64,000 bases of DNA from Eimeria praecox (lineage: Eukaryota): the NCBI GenBank assembly GCA_963920595.1, contig OY986946.1:6448001-6512000 (forward strand). The letters run 5' to 3'. Position 1 is the stretch's first letter. Each line of letters opens with the position of its first letter. A program made the position numbers and the translations under genes. The notes under the pieces were generated by a model. That model saw nothing but the letters and a program-made list of their open reading frames with translations, searched no databases and was not told the DNA's origin. Shown here piece after piece: positions 1 to 13,058 of the stretch.

Positions 1-3000
1 AAAGCGAGGGTTGTTATTGCGGTGGAGGGACCCATCTACCTCGTATGCTCGCTTAGCTGTCACTTTGATAACAGCACTTTTGCCGTCGTTTATATATTTC
101 CAGTAAGCCATACAGAGATGCGGCAGTATCTGTGGGCTATCCAGTTCTGAATTGCTTTTTCACTCCTCCGCAATGCACACCAAGAGCTATGGTGCCTTCA
201 AGTTGGAAACCGAAATTGTTCATCCTAAGCAGACTGTCCTCACTTTTCAGGATGGGATGGAGCCTGGGGGACGCCTGGAATCGCGTGTCGGCTTGCTACC
301 AGATAGTCTTGACTCAGGTGCGTCAGTGCTTCTTCCTTTTGCACACAAGAGGCCATGCTTACGTTTCATTCGTTGATGCCGACTGTTCGGTTTTTTGTTC
401 AGTCCCTTGCCTGCATCTTTGCTGTTGCGAACCTTTTCCCCCAAGCCCGACCTGTGGCACAAAGGGAATATGAATCAGGTATGGATATGGTGATCGGGCT
501 GGTGCCTCCTACAGATACGCTTATGACTTTGATGCAGCGATCTTGCTTTGACATCACTGATCTGTAGCACCTTGTCTTCCCGGCAGCTGAGTACCTGCTG
601 AAGGAGGGGGGAAATTGCTGGTGCTCCAGGTACTTAGTCCTTCCCCGGGACAGAGGTGCATGCGTTGCATGTGCAGGTGTCTTGCGCATGTGGGTATATT
701 TTATCGGGATTTCAACGGCTGACACATTATTATTTCTGGTTTTCCCCATCATTTTCCACATGTAAGGTTGGCCAGCTGTAGCAGTTGATCATGCAGCCTC
801 ACACTGCGTTGTGGCTCTTCGGGGGAAGATACGTGAATTTGTGCGTGCTTCTGTGCGCGCATTTCTCCTTGCCATTGGCATCAGGATCACCTTCTGGATA
901 ATGGGTTTGGCAGCAACAGCAACGAAGTTTTTCGCTTCTTTGGGCATATTGCTACTTTCGGTTTTATCTCTCCAATCATATGGCTACTTCATATCGGCCA
1001 TTGTGACAGATGTAAGCATGCCTGATGCTCTCCTCGCAAAGAAGCAGACTGGCATGACATGTCCAGAAATGCATGACACGACAAACTGTAGCTTGCTGCT
1101 ACTGATTGTTGGTTGCCAACTTCGAAGAAACTTGCTGAAGTTACCACAACATATGTACCTCTTCATCCGTGACCAGCGAAGTGCAGAGCTGCCTTTTGCT
1201 AAGGGCCACCTTGTGTAGAACTCCTACAAATCAGCTGCTTGCTTCCTAAAGTCTTTGATGCTATGGCCCCCTATATATTCTGCCTTTTCTTTCTCTGTGC
1301 AATGGGCTGTACATTTGAAGGAGGTCGTCGCACTTGCCGTGACGCAAGTGGCCCAAGTTGTCCTAGCCTTGTTTTCTGGATTCATGACTCAAATCGACCA
1401 GTTGAGCCCCTTCTTTAAGGGCCTTGCGGTAGGCAAACACACTTTCCTTACCTTAGTCTCTCACCTTACTTGCATACTGCTTCATTCCGGTATAACGTGA
1501 TTCGGCTGCGTGTATTTGTGTCCCACTGCAGGCCTTATCCCCGTTTAAGTATGCACTATCGGCATTTAGCTTGGTAATTTTTGACAACGAGTACTTTATT
1601 GGTGAAGGAGGAGAGCGAGTGTCTGGGGATGACGTAAGTCCCAAGAAGGCTGACAACTTCAGAAGCCTCTAGATGGGGAGCGCGCACGCTTGAGTAGGGA
1701 CAAGCGCATCAACTTTTCTTGTTGCCTGTGCGCTGTGCGTCATCGCAGTTCCTCAAGGGGACGTTTGGTATTAGAAGGGAAACATTTGCTTCAGATTTAG
1801 GGGCCCTTGTTGCGTTGACCATTTTGTAAGTGTAGTTGGGCATACTAAACGTGAATAGTTAATGAGGGTGACTCGCAATCCACGCAGTGGCTCGCTACAA
1901 TCTCAATAGGCGAAACGTGCCTTGCTCATGGCTTCGTTCAGGCCTCGCCTCTTAGCCTTGGCGGTTATGGAGTTTCAAGCACGACGAACGAAGGAAAACG
2001 CGTGAAGTGCCTCTTTGAACAAGTAGAATGTTCGTGTTTTTTATATCATAGGGCTGCGTATTTCATGCATTCTTTGAAAGGAAGTGCGAGAGCGGCGTAG
2101 CGGCGCAAAACGGGATAGACAACTGCCCAGTCCATCGAATGCAGCAGCTCATTCTGGCTGCAAGTCCTGTTGGATTGCAACGACCAGACTGGGAACGATC
2201 TCAGGAGCTCGATTTCCACTACCTGCGGCACTGTTGCCTTTCCATTGCAGCTTGCGATTTGCCAGTCCTTTTCAAGGCCAGTTTTGTCTTTCAGCTTTCC
2301 AAGTTTAATTTTCAGTTTTTTACATTTGCTTACTGGACCTCAGGAGCAGTGGATCCCTTGTTAACACGTGTGATTTAGTTTCTGGCGCGTACCATGCAGG
2401 TTGTGTAGATGTTTGGGGTTAGCGTTTATCGTTCCCTGGGCTACGCAAACACCAAGGCATGGGTAAACAGATATGTTTCCTGCCAAGGGTCTTCAAGAAG
2501 CAACCGTACATTTGTGCTGGAGTATCAGTGCTGTGCAGGGCCTCATAGAGACAACAGTTATTTTCTTTCCTAATGTCGTTTTCATTCCGTCAAACGTTCT
2601 TGTACTGAAGATTCATCGTTCTACCCATCAGTCATCAATCCTTTTATGCGTCAGAAAAGGAGAGGGTGCAGTTACATATAGAAGCACGCGAGATATATGC
2701 CGCAGGTGGCAGCCGGATAGCTCCCCTTTTGAAGTAGAAATCTTTCCAGTTTAATCAACGATTTCCTCGCTGCTCATCTGATGGATGCGTGCCTTTTAAT
2801 TAGGCAGATGCGAGGCAGCAGAGCTAAATCCTACTTTAAGGACGACTCATGCCTTTGGAAATGGTGACGAAGGTGCGGCATCGGGAAGATTGAGATGCCA
2901 CCGACTAAAACGCATATTGCGAACACGAAAACACACACCTTCGACGGGCTGCCTTCAGCGCTGAACAGCGGCTATGCTCATACAACGTCAAACCAAGATG

Positions 3001-5273
3001 AGTGACCAGTTCACTGTTCTTGTTGTAAGGCACCTTTGAATTTGTGAATTTGCTAATCCCTCTATGAGAGTGATTGGCTACTGGAAACTTATATATCTTG
3101 GAAACCTTTTTTCAAGAAGAAGTCCGCTGAATGGAGATTTCAACACAACGCTGCCAGTCGTCGTGCGCGGAGATTGCCGGAATCGTCATGTTGCAGCAGC
3201 ACCGACCGGTACCAGTAGTAGTCACCGGGATAAGCCACTAACTGCAAAATGGAGCTACAAGTTTTGCAGCATCACAGCTTCCAGCTGCTCTCCCTTCATA
3301 TTGATACCCCGTGAACGCGTACAATAGAAGAGCGAACAGATGGCCGGCTGAGAGGAACATTTACGCTATGCAAGCCCGTTGCTCAATGCATTATGCATGA
3401 GCCATGCTGCCGAAGGTCGAGCGGGCTGTAGCTTGTCCTAAGTCAGCTTAAAGTTAGGTGGATTCCTGCGTCAGTAGTAAGCGAGCATGTTTGCAACAAA
3501 CAGGCTCTGGGCACATTGCACTTGAACAAAATGAGTTGATTGCTGAGCTTTTTATTCTCCTGGCGAATGAGAGCGCAGCGCTGGTAACTGACAGGGGCCT
3601 TCACAGAGGTGCTGATTCCACGAATGCACACCTTCTTCGCCATGGAGCCATGGAGAGCTGCATATGCTTGGCTTCTTCAAGCTTGCCTTTCCCAGGCTGG
3701 CTCCTCTCTTCCGCAAGTAGCGCTTGAGGCTGACATGCGATTGATTTGATTGATCTCCCTGTGGTGTTGCCACCTTTTATTTGCAAAGCTACGGGGTGCA
3801 GTTATGGGATACAGCTTGAGGAAGCGCAACTTTAGTGAGCATGCATCAAGCGCCCTGCATTGAAATTTATCAATGCAGCCTGGTACGTACAGCTGTTAAA
3901 AGCAGCATAGCTGCACCATACCCAGCGGGCAGCATGGTGAAAAGCGTAACGAGCTAAGCAAATATCATCATGGCGGCATCAGCTGGGAGCGATCGTGGCT
4001 CGTGCCTTCCCCCAGCTATATGTGCCTCCGAGAGCACCATTCCGAGCACAGCACATCATTAAAGCTTCCTTCGAGTTTGTCATGTTCTCGCCTCCCGCCG
4101 CTCGACACGATGGGTTACAGCAGGAGCAGCAGTGCACTTCTAGTGTACCTATGACAAGGGCTGTCCCAGCCGTTCCTCGGCAACGCACAGTTCGTGATAC
4201 TGGCTGAGATACGCAGCACCGTCGTACAGAAAAGAACCTGCACCAACTGGTGGGAACGCATATTCCTCCCAGGTTGTTTCAGCTGTGCTCAGATGGGCTT
4301 GCTAACTGTCCCCCCAACTGCAAGCAAAGGAGGCCAAGCCCAGCGGGGCCATAATCAGCCGGTCCGTCACTATTATCGACGATTTCCCAGCCGTACGGGC
4401 CCACGGCATGCAAGCCTGCTCCCCTATTACACTGATATCCCTTGATAACTATGCCCTGGCCAAATTTAGGGGGTAAGCATGCTTAAATTTGCTTAGCCGC
4501 GCGGAGTAAGTTGCTTCCCTTCAGGCGAGCCGGTAGTTACTTATATATATTCCTCCAAGAAAGCGCACTGTCCCTGCCCAGAGTAGGTGCCAACACGTTG
4601 AAGCTGCAGATTCCCGATAAAATGCTTAATGCAACAGGGTAATGGCGGAGCACATGCAGATGAAGTGGTCGGAGGACCTATAAGCCACGCACGAATTCTA
4701 TCTTTCTTGTCGGCAAAACTACACATGAATTCTATCTGTCTCGCAAGCACAAAGGAGCATGCTGCCGACTGCGTCGGCGCAGCCTGTTTTCCCTGGGCTT
4801 CAGGCTTCTACCCTATTCGTAAACTCCTTGGTCTCAATTAGCGGTAAACTCCTCTGCCTTTCCAGCGGAACCACTGAGATGGTCAGCCTGATTTTTCTGA
4901 AAAGCGTGCAATTATGAATACTGTAGACTGCAATGCGAGTCTCACTGCAGTCTCATGCTGCACAGTGCATAGGGGCAGTGCCTTGCGGGGTAGCTTTCCT
5001 CTCGCTCACAACACCCCTAACAACTAGCCCACGCAGAGTATGGTTCCTCAACCTTGCGTACAAAAACGACAAATAAGTTGCATGCTCCTCTGGCACTAAG
5101 TTTCAAAGCACTCGCTCTTGGCTGGCTGCCATCGATAACCGCAGAAGGCACTGCCAGTTACAGAGCAACTAAAGTGACAGTCGGAGCTCCTGCAATGCGG
5201 AAGTGTTCCGTGGCAAAAGCCTGATTACTGCATGAGAGGATTCTTCCCCATTCCTGTAGGCCTCCGAAGAAGC

Positions 5274-8200
5274 TCATTTTTTTTGCACCAAAGTGCGCCA
5301 ATCCGCAGTTACTTCGATAAAATTGGCGTTTTGCATCCCTCTGCGACTGCAGACACACAGAAAACCCCAACTGTCGACGTGCAGATGCACTCTGTAAAGC
5401 CACCAGCTGCCACGAATAATGCAGAGGAACTCTAACCTGACGCCTTGACTGCCTCTACACTCTTACGCCAGCGTCGCAGTAACCAAGAATTAATAAACTG
5501 TGGCATATCATGCAAAACAAAGAAGCAAGAGCAGACCTTGCCATTTCCCTCTCCTTCCACTCTTCAATTTTCTTCTGCTTCAACCGCTCCTTTCGTTTGT
5601 CGTAGTCCTGCACACAAATATATGACACTGGCAGCCCAGCTTAATTTCAACGGCTACGCACACCGCTTAGCTGTCTGCACGAAGGCAAACGGATCTGAAA
5701 CTGACCTCCTCTTCGGATTCCTCATCCTTCTCCCGACTTTTCTGCCACTTTTCAACGAGCTGCATGCGCTTCCGTACAAGGGGATTAGAAGAACTAATCT
5801 TTTTGACGCCAGAGCTGCCGAGCGGTCGCTTGACGGGCGCCGCCATTGCACCAGCCCCATGGGCTCCATCCCGCGATACCGCAGGAGCCTTGGGATCTGC
5901 TTCTTGGTGCCGCTGATTATCTGCAGATCGCCAAACATGTAAGTAGATGCCAGAATACATTGCACAGAAAGAAGACGCTACATTTTTAAAGACGCGAGAT
6001 GTCAATTAGCCGCCTGAAGTTCAAAAAGCGCGCCGCTGCAACTTTAGTTTGCGGCACTTCAGCAGCTGCACAAGTACCTGACTCTGCACTGCATCATGAA
6101 CCTGCCTGAACACTCCAAGGACCTGCGATACAGATGGGCTGCATCGCCTTGTGGCGATGCGCCCCGAAGAGCGCTGGCGGCCATTGAGGGCCGCTAGCCT
6201 GGCAGTGATATCAGCAGCTGCTGTATGCGCGAGCCGCCCTGTTGATGGGTTACGCAGCGGAAGGCATTTTGGTTGGGCAGGGCTTGGAGCATGGAGTTGC
6301 TGTGTCTATGCAGCTCGTTCGAGGGTGCATAACTCAGCAAAAACCCGTCGGAAACACCGTCCTTTGGGGGTCAATGCTAAGCACGCGCCATGCCTAGACT
6401 GGGAAAAGATAATGACGAGCTGGAATGCCACTAACCATGCATGCCTAGTTCGAAAATGTGCCCAAAGGGCTACTAAAGGTCCCAAGGCCCCCAAAGTAAC
6501 CCAGATAGCGCAGCAAACACATCAAAACGCTGTTGTGGGAATACCCACATCTGTGCGTAGAATAAGCCACTGGTCCTTGACCGTCTGCAAAGTACTGAAC
6601 AAAACCAGCGACATACCTGCTGCTGGTGCTGCCCCCGCTTTTGTGGCTTCTGATGCTGCTGGTGGCACTTCATCGGGAAGCGTCGGTGGGGGCCCTTCAG
6701 GGGTAGGAGGGGCAGTGCAGGCTGCGGTCGACTCTTCGCCGGGTTTGCTGTTGCCGCTTGGCATAGCACCAGCATTCCTAGAGCCACCTGTAGAGCGGCC
6801 GGTGCCGCCCTTGTCCGACGCAGACGCTGCCGTCACACCAGCTAGGGAGTTTCGGGGAGACGCCTTTGCCACTCCACTGGCCGAAACAGCTGCCGCTGCA
6901 GCTGAATACGGGAATGCGGATGCTAGTTCTTGATGGCGCCCTTCTGCCTCCACGTCATGCAAAAGATGCTTCTGCAGCACAAATGGCGCCAGCAACATAT
7001 TCAAGCCCTCCGGCGCAAGAAACCCCAGGTATGAAAGACAATGGACTACGAAGCTGATGCCAATTCCCATGTATAATCTCACAGGGTCTTAGGGAATGGG
7101 CACCTTTGATACCTGGAAATCCTGTTGCATTTTATCAAGTCTCTTAAGGAAAAAGCTGCTGCTTAGGCCTCCATCTATCCAATCATCCTGCAGGCACGCC
7201 AGCCATAAGACCAAGCAAACTATGGGAAAAAATGGTGCCACAGGCGAAATTCCTTAAGAACGAGTCCAACGGGTCAGGGCTACGTGCCAGCTCTTCGATA
7301 AGCAACAATCATGCGGACTGCAACCCACCAATCGGGCCTTCAACGCCGCCAACATTGCTGCTGCCCATTCCTTTTCCACATTTCCAAGACGTCGTGCAAG
7401 CGAAGACGCCAGCGCGCGAACCTGCAACACATACGAAGAACAAAAGGGCTACAGGGTGAGCTTCTGAAAAGGCTACCAAGCTCCTAAGTTATGAAGCCTT
7501 CGTGCCGTTGCGTAGACGTGGCAGAACTACGAACAGCAGGACCGTCCAATTAATTTACCTTTGCCTGTTGAGGCTGTGTTCCTCTTGCCTCAGCCAGACG
7601 CTGCTTGCAGGCCGGACACTGAGCAGGGTCGGTTCGCCGATCTTGCTGAAGCTGAAGGTCTATCAACTCCTTCAAAAGTTCATCATCCGAGCCATTAGCT
7701 CTCCCGTCATGTGATCGTTTTTGCCGCAATTGCTCCCGCTTCAGCCTCATGGAACGGAATCGCTGTAAGCGCAGACTGACGTCAGTTTCTGTAGCGGGAA
7801 CAGCTGGCTGAGCCATCGATGAGCTTTCGTGCACTGCGTCTAATTCTTCCTCCATGAAATCTAACTGAAACATGAGCTGCTGGACCTTCTCCGAGCACGT
7901 AGGCAGCTCCTGGGTTAGCCTAAAAGTGGATGCAGCCCACTGTCGCAAGTCATTTTCCTGCTGCTGTTTGCCATGCGTATCTTTCTGTGTAGCAATGGGG
8001 TGTACGGAACTTCCGGGCAACTCCCATGTGACCTCATCAGTTGCTACATTCCAGTAGTAAGTCTTGCCAGAAGCAGGATCTACAACCGCTTGCCACGCTG
8101 CCTCGTTATCTTGCGGTTGTTGCTGTTCAAGACTGCCAGTGGCTGCTATCCCTTGGTCTGCAGTGTTCTGAGGACTCTCAGAAGCGGACGGGCTGAGATT

Positions 8201-9138
8201 TGATGACTGCTGATTATCTGCAGGCGTCCCTGATACAGGCACGGTAGACGCTGCTCCGTGATTACCTGGACTTGAGTTCTGTTGTTCGGCTTCCCTCTGG
8301 CTGTCCAGCTGTTGAATTTCCTTCATGAAAAGGACAAATTCATCATCAACTTTGCTGCCGTCATTTGTTGTGGCCTGAGCATTATCAGATGCTGCTTGCG
8401 CCTCCTGCTGCCCTCCCTCTTCCCGCCCCTGCACAGCAGCAGGGGGGGTTGTGGGAACTGTAGCTCCCGACGCAGCTTCCGCGCGCGCTCTGTTGGCATG
8501 CCCTGAAAGCAATGCAGCAAAGACGGATATGAAGCCTAATATTAACAGTAAGACCTACAGCAAGCTCTTTCTACACGTGGAAGTTGCCGCGGAAACAGCA
8601 GGCCCTGGCTGAAGCAGGCCGGTCTAACCAACTTACTCTTCATGCGTAACTGGCGCGGTAAGAAGGAAGGCGGAGGCATCTCTGACGCCATGCTTTGAAG
8701 CACTGAAGGTTCAGCCGCAGCTGGGACTGGCGTTTCGAGCGGGCTGTGCTTGACGCTAGCGTTGAAGGCTTGGGCTGCAGCAGCAATAGTGTCAGCTGAT
8801 ACTTCAGGCACGTCCTCCTCTTCCCGCTGACCGCTAGATTCGCAATCTTCATCAGCTGCTCGAGTTGCAGGAGATGAATTGTGCTTATCGTCACCATTTT
8901 CGCTGGGTACTTCCTCTACAGGATCAGACAAAAGAGAGCAATTTGATGCCTCGCACGTCCTTGCCTGGTCAGGCGTATCTGGTTCGACGGAGGTCTGTCC
9001 CTGCTGCGAGGCTGCACAGTCATCAGCTCGTTCCAATCCTTCATCCTCGGCCTTCGCATCTGAACTCTCAAGTTCCCCCTCCTCCTTCTCCAGAGTTAAG
9101 GGGTTGCTTCGCGGTGCCCCTTCGTCAGAACCCGTCAT
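5274..9138 (-). CDS. FNBP4-like: WW-domain protein, formin-binding protein 4 (FNBP4)-like; multi-exon
   Basis: ATG at 9138; exon 1 9138-8637; exon 2 8502-7559 has a WW domain (WQAVVDPASGKTYYWNVATDEVTWELP). Later exons give ARL..DDWIDGGLSSSFFLKRL (~7330-7112), LVEKWQKSREKDEESEEE (5921-5706), KQKKIEEWKEREMA (~5607-5537) and GMQNANFIEVTADWRTLVQKK* (stop 5274-5276). These match the FNBP4 motifs DW.EG.L, LVKKWQ, RIEEWK and NANF...DWR as recalled. Confidence 0.8.
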
Positions 9139-9973
9139 GAGCGCTGGGGAGTGGGGGGGAACGCATGCAGGTGGATGATACGATAATGCAAATCGAATAC
9201 AACACTACCATCGGGCTTCCCCTGTCGACTGGTTCTGGCCAGCATAGAGACCTGCACGATTTTTAAGAAAAGCCAGTACGAAACGCACGTTGGTACGCCG
9301 CGCAGTGTAGAATGGCCCTAGCAAATGACACTGCTATACATACAGGTCAAGGCCGTCTATGTGCTCAGTCTTAGTCACTACAGCTCATACTATCAATGCA
9401 TGGGGCAAAGCAAGGATAGGAAGACTCAACGTTGAGGGAGGCTCCGCACTGGCGTTGAGCAGGGCATGAGCGGCGGCGGGCAGCCCCTTTCAAAAGCCGT
9501 ACAAATTGCATAGCCCACTTAGATTCATGGAACGAATTACGGTGTGTAACGATTATTAACAAACGGTGCATGCTTGTTTTGAAAGTGTCACACGTTCAAC
9601 GGACGCATGGGGCTTTTTCAAAGCCCCGTTGTTGCACGTGAAACGATTTTCTGCATACTACCGTCTATATAGAAAATTCAGGAAGTACAACTGTAGTTGC
9701 ACACGGATATCATCCTAGGTATTTCCCGCTGTGTATCGAATATCATACCCGTCTCCCAGTACAGTGGTTCCATTGCGAAATCTGAAGAAGCCACGGGACT
9801 GGGACTGGTCATCCCGCCTGTTGGCCTGAAGAATCGGCCGGCTGGTAAGGAATTCCGGTATTCCATTTACATCTCTTTCTGGAGCATTTATCCAGAGCCG
9901 AAGTGAACTGGGGAGCTGTGTTCTTGTCTGTTACAGCGCTGGACTACGGGCTGCAGCGCCAGCCCTGTTCAGC
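9139..9973. promoter_or_regulatory. Putative bidirectional promoter region
   Basis: 835 bp between divergent start codons (9138 minus, 9974 plus); contains inverted repeat GGGGCTTT-TTC-AAAGCCCC (9609-9627) and CTATATAG (~9666). Confidence 0.5.
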
Positions 9974-11464
9974 ATGAGTTCTACTTATGGTTGGCTCACT
10001 GAAAGTGCATTGGCCATTGAACGGCCAATTCCATTTCGCGCAATTTCCGAGCAGTCTCAACTTCGCCTGTCAGCAATCGTCAGGAAACTGCAGGAGAGTC
10101 AGCAACGGCGGCTGGAAGCGCAACGATCTCTCTTTGTTAAGGCCGCGAAAGAAGGTAGAGTATTTACGCATGACGCCCCGTGTTCCCGCAGATGGACGCG
10201 TCCTTCGGAAAAGGCGAGTCTTACGAGCAGATTACCCCTCTCCCCCCCCACAGAAGTAGAAATCGGTTTGAACGCATCTATGGCTTTTTCAGCTTATGCT
10301 GCTGTTGCCGGTATCTGAATATCCTAAGGGGGTGATGAAACCCAGCGTATCATGACTAGCTATACGGAAGACCGTTGTCCTTGGTTTTCCTGCGGAACTG
10401 CAGGCATTGGATTGGATCGGGCGGCAGCTAGCTGGCAGGAATGATGGCGTTACCTTAAGGAATGCCGCCGATGAACTCGATCAGACAAATAGCACTCGGG
10501 ATATCAATGCTGTGTCGATTCATTTGGAGAGGAAGTCAAAGCTGTATGATAGACTAGGTAGGTTCTATGTGCAACACGAACACAACGCGTAGATGCGCTC
10601 CAGTGGAGCATTATTCCTCGCCTCACATCAGTATCAATGAGCGGGTTTATCTGTATGTGCGCTTTTCGTCTTTGTTAACCTGGCAGTGGGAGGTTTAGCT
10701 CATAGCACTCCTGCAGCGCAGCTTCTTCAACTAAATCAGAAACGCCGCATCGCGCAAAGGGACAATGCAGTTGTGGAGCGAACTGACCCGCTTCTCTCGA
10801 GCGAAGCTCTCGCCGAGCTCCTAAACATTCCCCAGTAAGAACTTGCATTGACGTTACTTCCTCATTATGAAAAATGTGCGAAGCATAAAGACAGCATTTT
10901 TCACGCAATCAGTATCGTTTTTAAGCCAGTGGCCATGCAGAGTTGTGCGCGGAAGCCGTCGTCAGCCGGGCCAGCACAGGGCAGCTATACAGTAAATCCG
11001 GCCTTCTGCTATTACCTGTGTCTGCCAGTCATTTTCCGAATTTTTCGTGCAGAGGTTCTGAGGCCTGCCAAGACGATGGAAAGTAAGTTGTAAAGAAGGG
11101 GGCACTAGATGATAATTCCCTGCTTGCATTGTACGCATTATGCGCAAGTGCTTCAACCGAATTTCTTTGTACCTAAGCGCTCCTGCGGATATCTTCCTTT
11201 TTAGTGTGCATTTCAGTATGTGAACTATCTTGCATGTGGAGAATAACCTAAATTTCATTTTTTCAACGAAGTGAAGCATATGCGGTCAGGAACCACTTGG
11301 TATGTTGTATTCACAAATGGACTCCTATGCTATATCGCAGAAAGCTTTATCTGCTGTGCCTTAAACTGTGCAGGTCTGAACAGCAGCAGGCCGCTCAGTT
11401 GGCTTTTCTTCAAGCAAGGCTAAATCTCTACCGGCATGCGCTAGCCCAGGAGTCGTTGGGTTGA
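9974..11464 (+). CDS. CCDC174-like (plant At4g18257-type) coiled-coil protein; 5 predicted exons
   Basis: Phase-consistent GT-AG exons 9974-10255, 10404-10557, 10687-10834, 11053-11082, 11374-11464. Motifs YGWLTESAL..., RNDGVTLRNAAD and HLERKSKLYDRL resemble the family's GWLTESS, N.GV..R...D and LE.KA.LY..L blocks as recalled. Confidence 0.6.
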
Positions 11465-13058
11465 AGCGTTGGACGGAAAGAGGCTTGCAGCGAAAGTGGG
11501 GATAACGATTCATAGGCAGCTTTCTGTCGAAGGCCAAAGTGCTTCGCATGTGCATATGCGCAATGGAAACAATGTAATTCAGGCCTGTATAGGTGTTAAA
11601 AAACGGTATACCACCTCTTGTGAATTTTTTAGGGAGCGACTACTAGGTTTGAGGCTCCCGCAAATGTTTGGGTCAGCTTTAAAAGAGAGCAGTTCTACAC
11701 CGGCTCCAGAGACTCAGCTTACGGCCACGGTTTGCGACGGTTCGCCGCCAGAAATGGCAGCTATTCGCATTGCTTGATAACATGGACGCTGAGGCTTGTC
11801 GAGTGACCTCGTTAGTTTTTCTTCAGCAAATTTTCTTAAAGCTCGCATTACTGAAAGGCGCTGTACAATGCATTCTGTAAATGATGCTAATGGCCGCTCA
11901 CCCTGCCGCTCTGCAACTCCATAACTTCTGTGGTACATCGTAGCGGGTGGTACGAAGGCGCTGTGGGAGGTGGTGGGTGACTTATTGGGAGGAACTGGGG
12001 GGGGGTCAAGCAGTAGCCTGCCAAAGCAGCAGTTGCTTAGCTACAACGCAGCCGGTCGCACAGACGAAATTGCGCATCGTAGTACGCGTGTTTTTCTAGC
12101 AAGTTGACTGGGCAAGCCTAACGCTAGGAGTGAAAGGATAGTGGCTTGTTGGGAGGCTCAAGCTGCCAACCAACAGAGGGCTTCTTTTGCCGTGCTTATT
12201 GTAGGGCCAATTTTCGTGCCTTTGGTAGTGAGTACGCATCTCGGAACAGTCATAAGCATAGCACGGCTTATGTTACTACCCGACGGACCTCCCACTGGAC
12301 AAAGCAGGACCTAACGAATTACAAGGGAGTTGTGGGCTTTCGGCTTGCGGCATCAGCTTTAAGTTGTCTCTCAGCTAGAGAACAAGCCGCGGCCGGCACG
12401 CTCGCAGAGAGACAAAACGAAGGGACTTATCGTCGGGGTTCCTCATTACATTCGGGAAAGCGCATTGCTATTGGGATAATATCATGCACATTCCATGGAG
12501 CACACTGTATGCCTTTGTAGAACTTGGAGAGGGTCAGGCCTGACCCCTCAACGGTCAACGCTCAGTGGAGGGACGAGGGGAAGCAGAGAGACGCTCGACG
12601 TTTTAGCTTTTTAGGGCGATTTCTGACTATAAAACTATAAAAGATCATATAATTAATCTTGTCTGCTGCTCGCCCTGCGCTGGTAGCTCTAGACATCGAG
12701 AACTTAGTAGCCATGGCCTTGCCTCAGGAGCACGGCGGAACTGATGCTAGCACAACTAGATCTGCGCCCACTCTCCCGTTCACTTCAAGCGCTAATTGTG
12801 TCCTTTTTCAAGTTTCTATGAGCAAAAAGTGCGCGAAAATCATCCGAGGAGCCTTAACTGTAAAGAATCAGTAGACCAATGGTTGACCGTGTTACCCACT
12901 TCAGCGCTAGATTGCTCTGACTTCCCCTGCTTGTGTCCCTATCTCAAAGTCAGTCATGCAAGATAAAAACATATTTCCAGGTTGATTTATAGGCAAAAAA
13001 TTTCACGTAGAGGCTGCTGCCCCCTTTATCTGGAAGGCCCAGCACCCCAGCTTCTCAA

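Noticed and set aside
1..5200. Short ORFs and protein-like minus-strand stretches (e.g. 247-560, 2046-2340, 4150-4310)
   Set aside because: Interrupted by stops, no recognisable domain and no consistent splice model; could be a decayed or divergent gene but is not supportable.
6151..6933. 260-aa plus-strand ORF
   Set aside because: Antisense shadow of a GC-rich exon and intron of the FNBP4-like gene.
11470..13050. ORFs 11469-11777, 11714-11938 and 12146-12520
   Set aside because: No recognisable homology; likely UTR or intergenic sequence.
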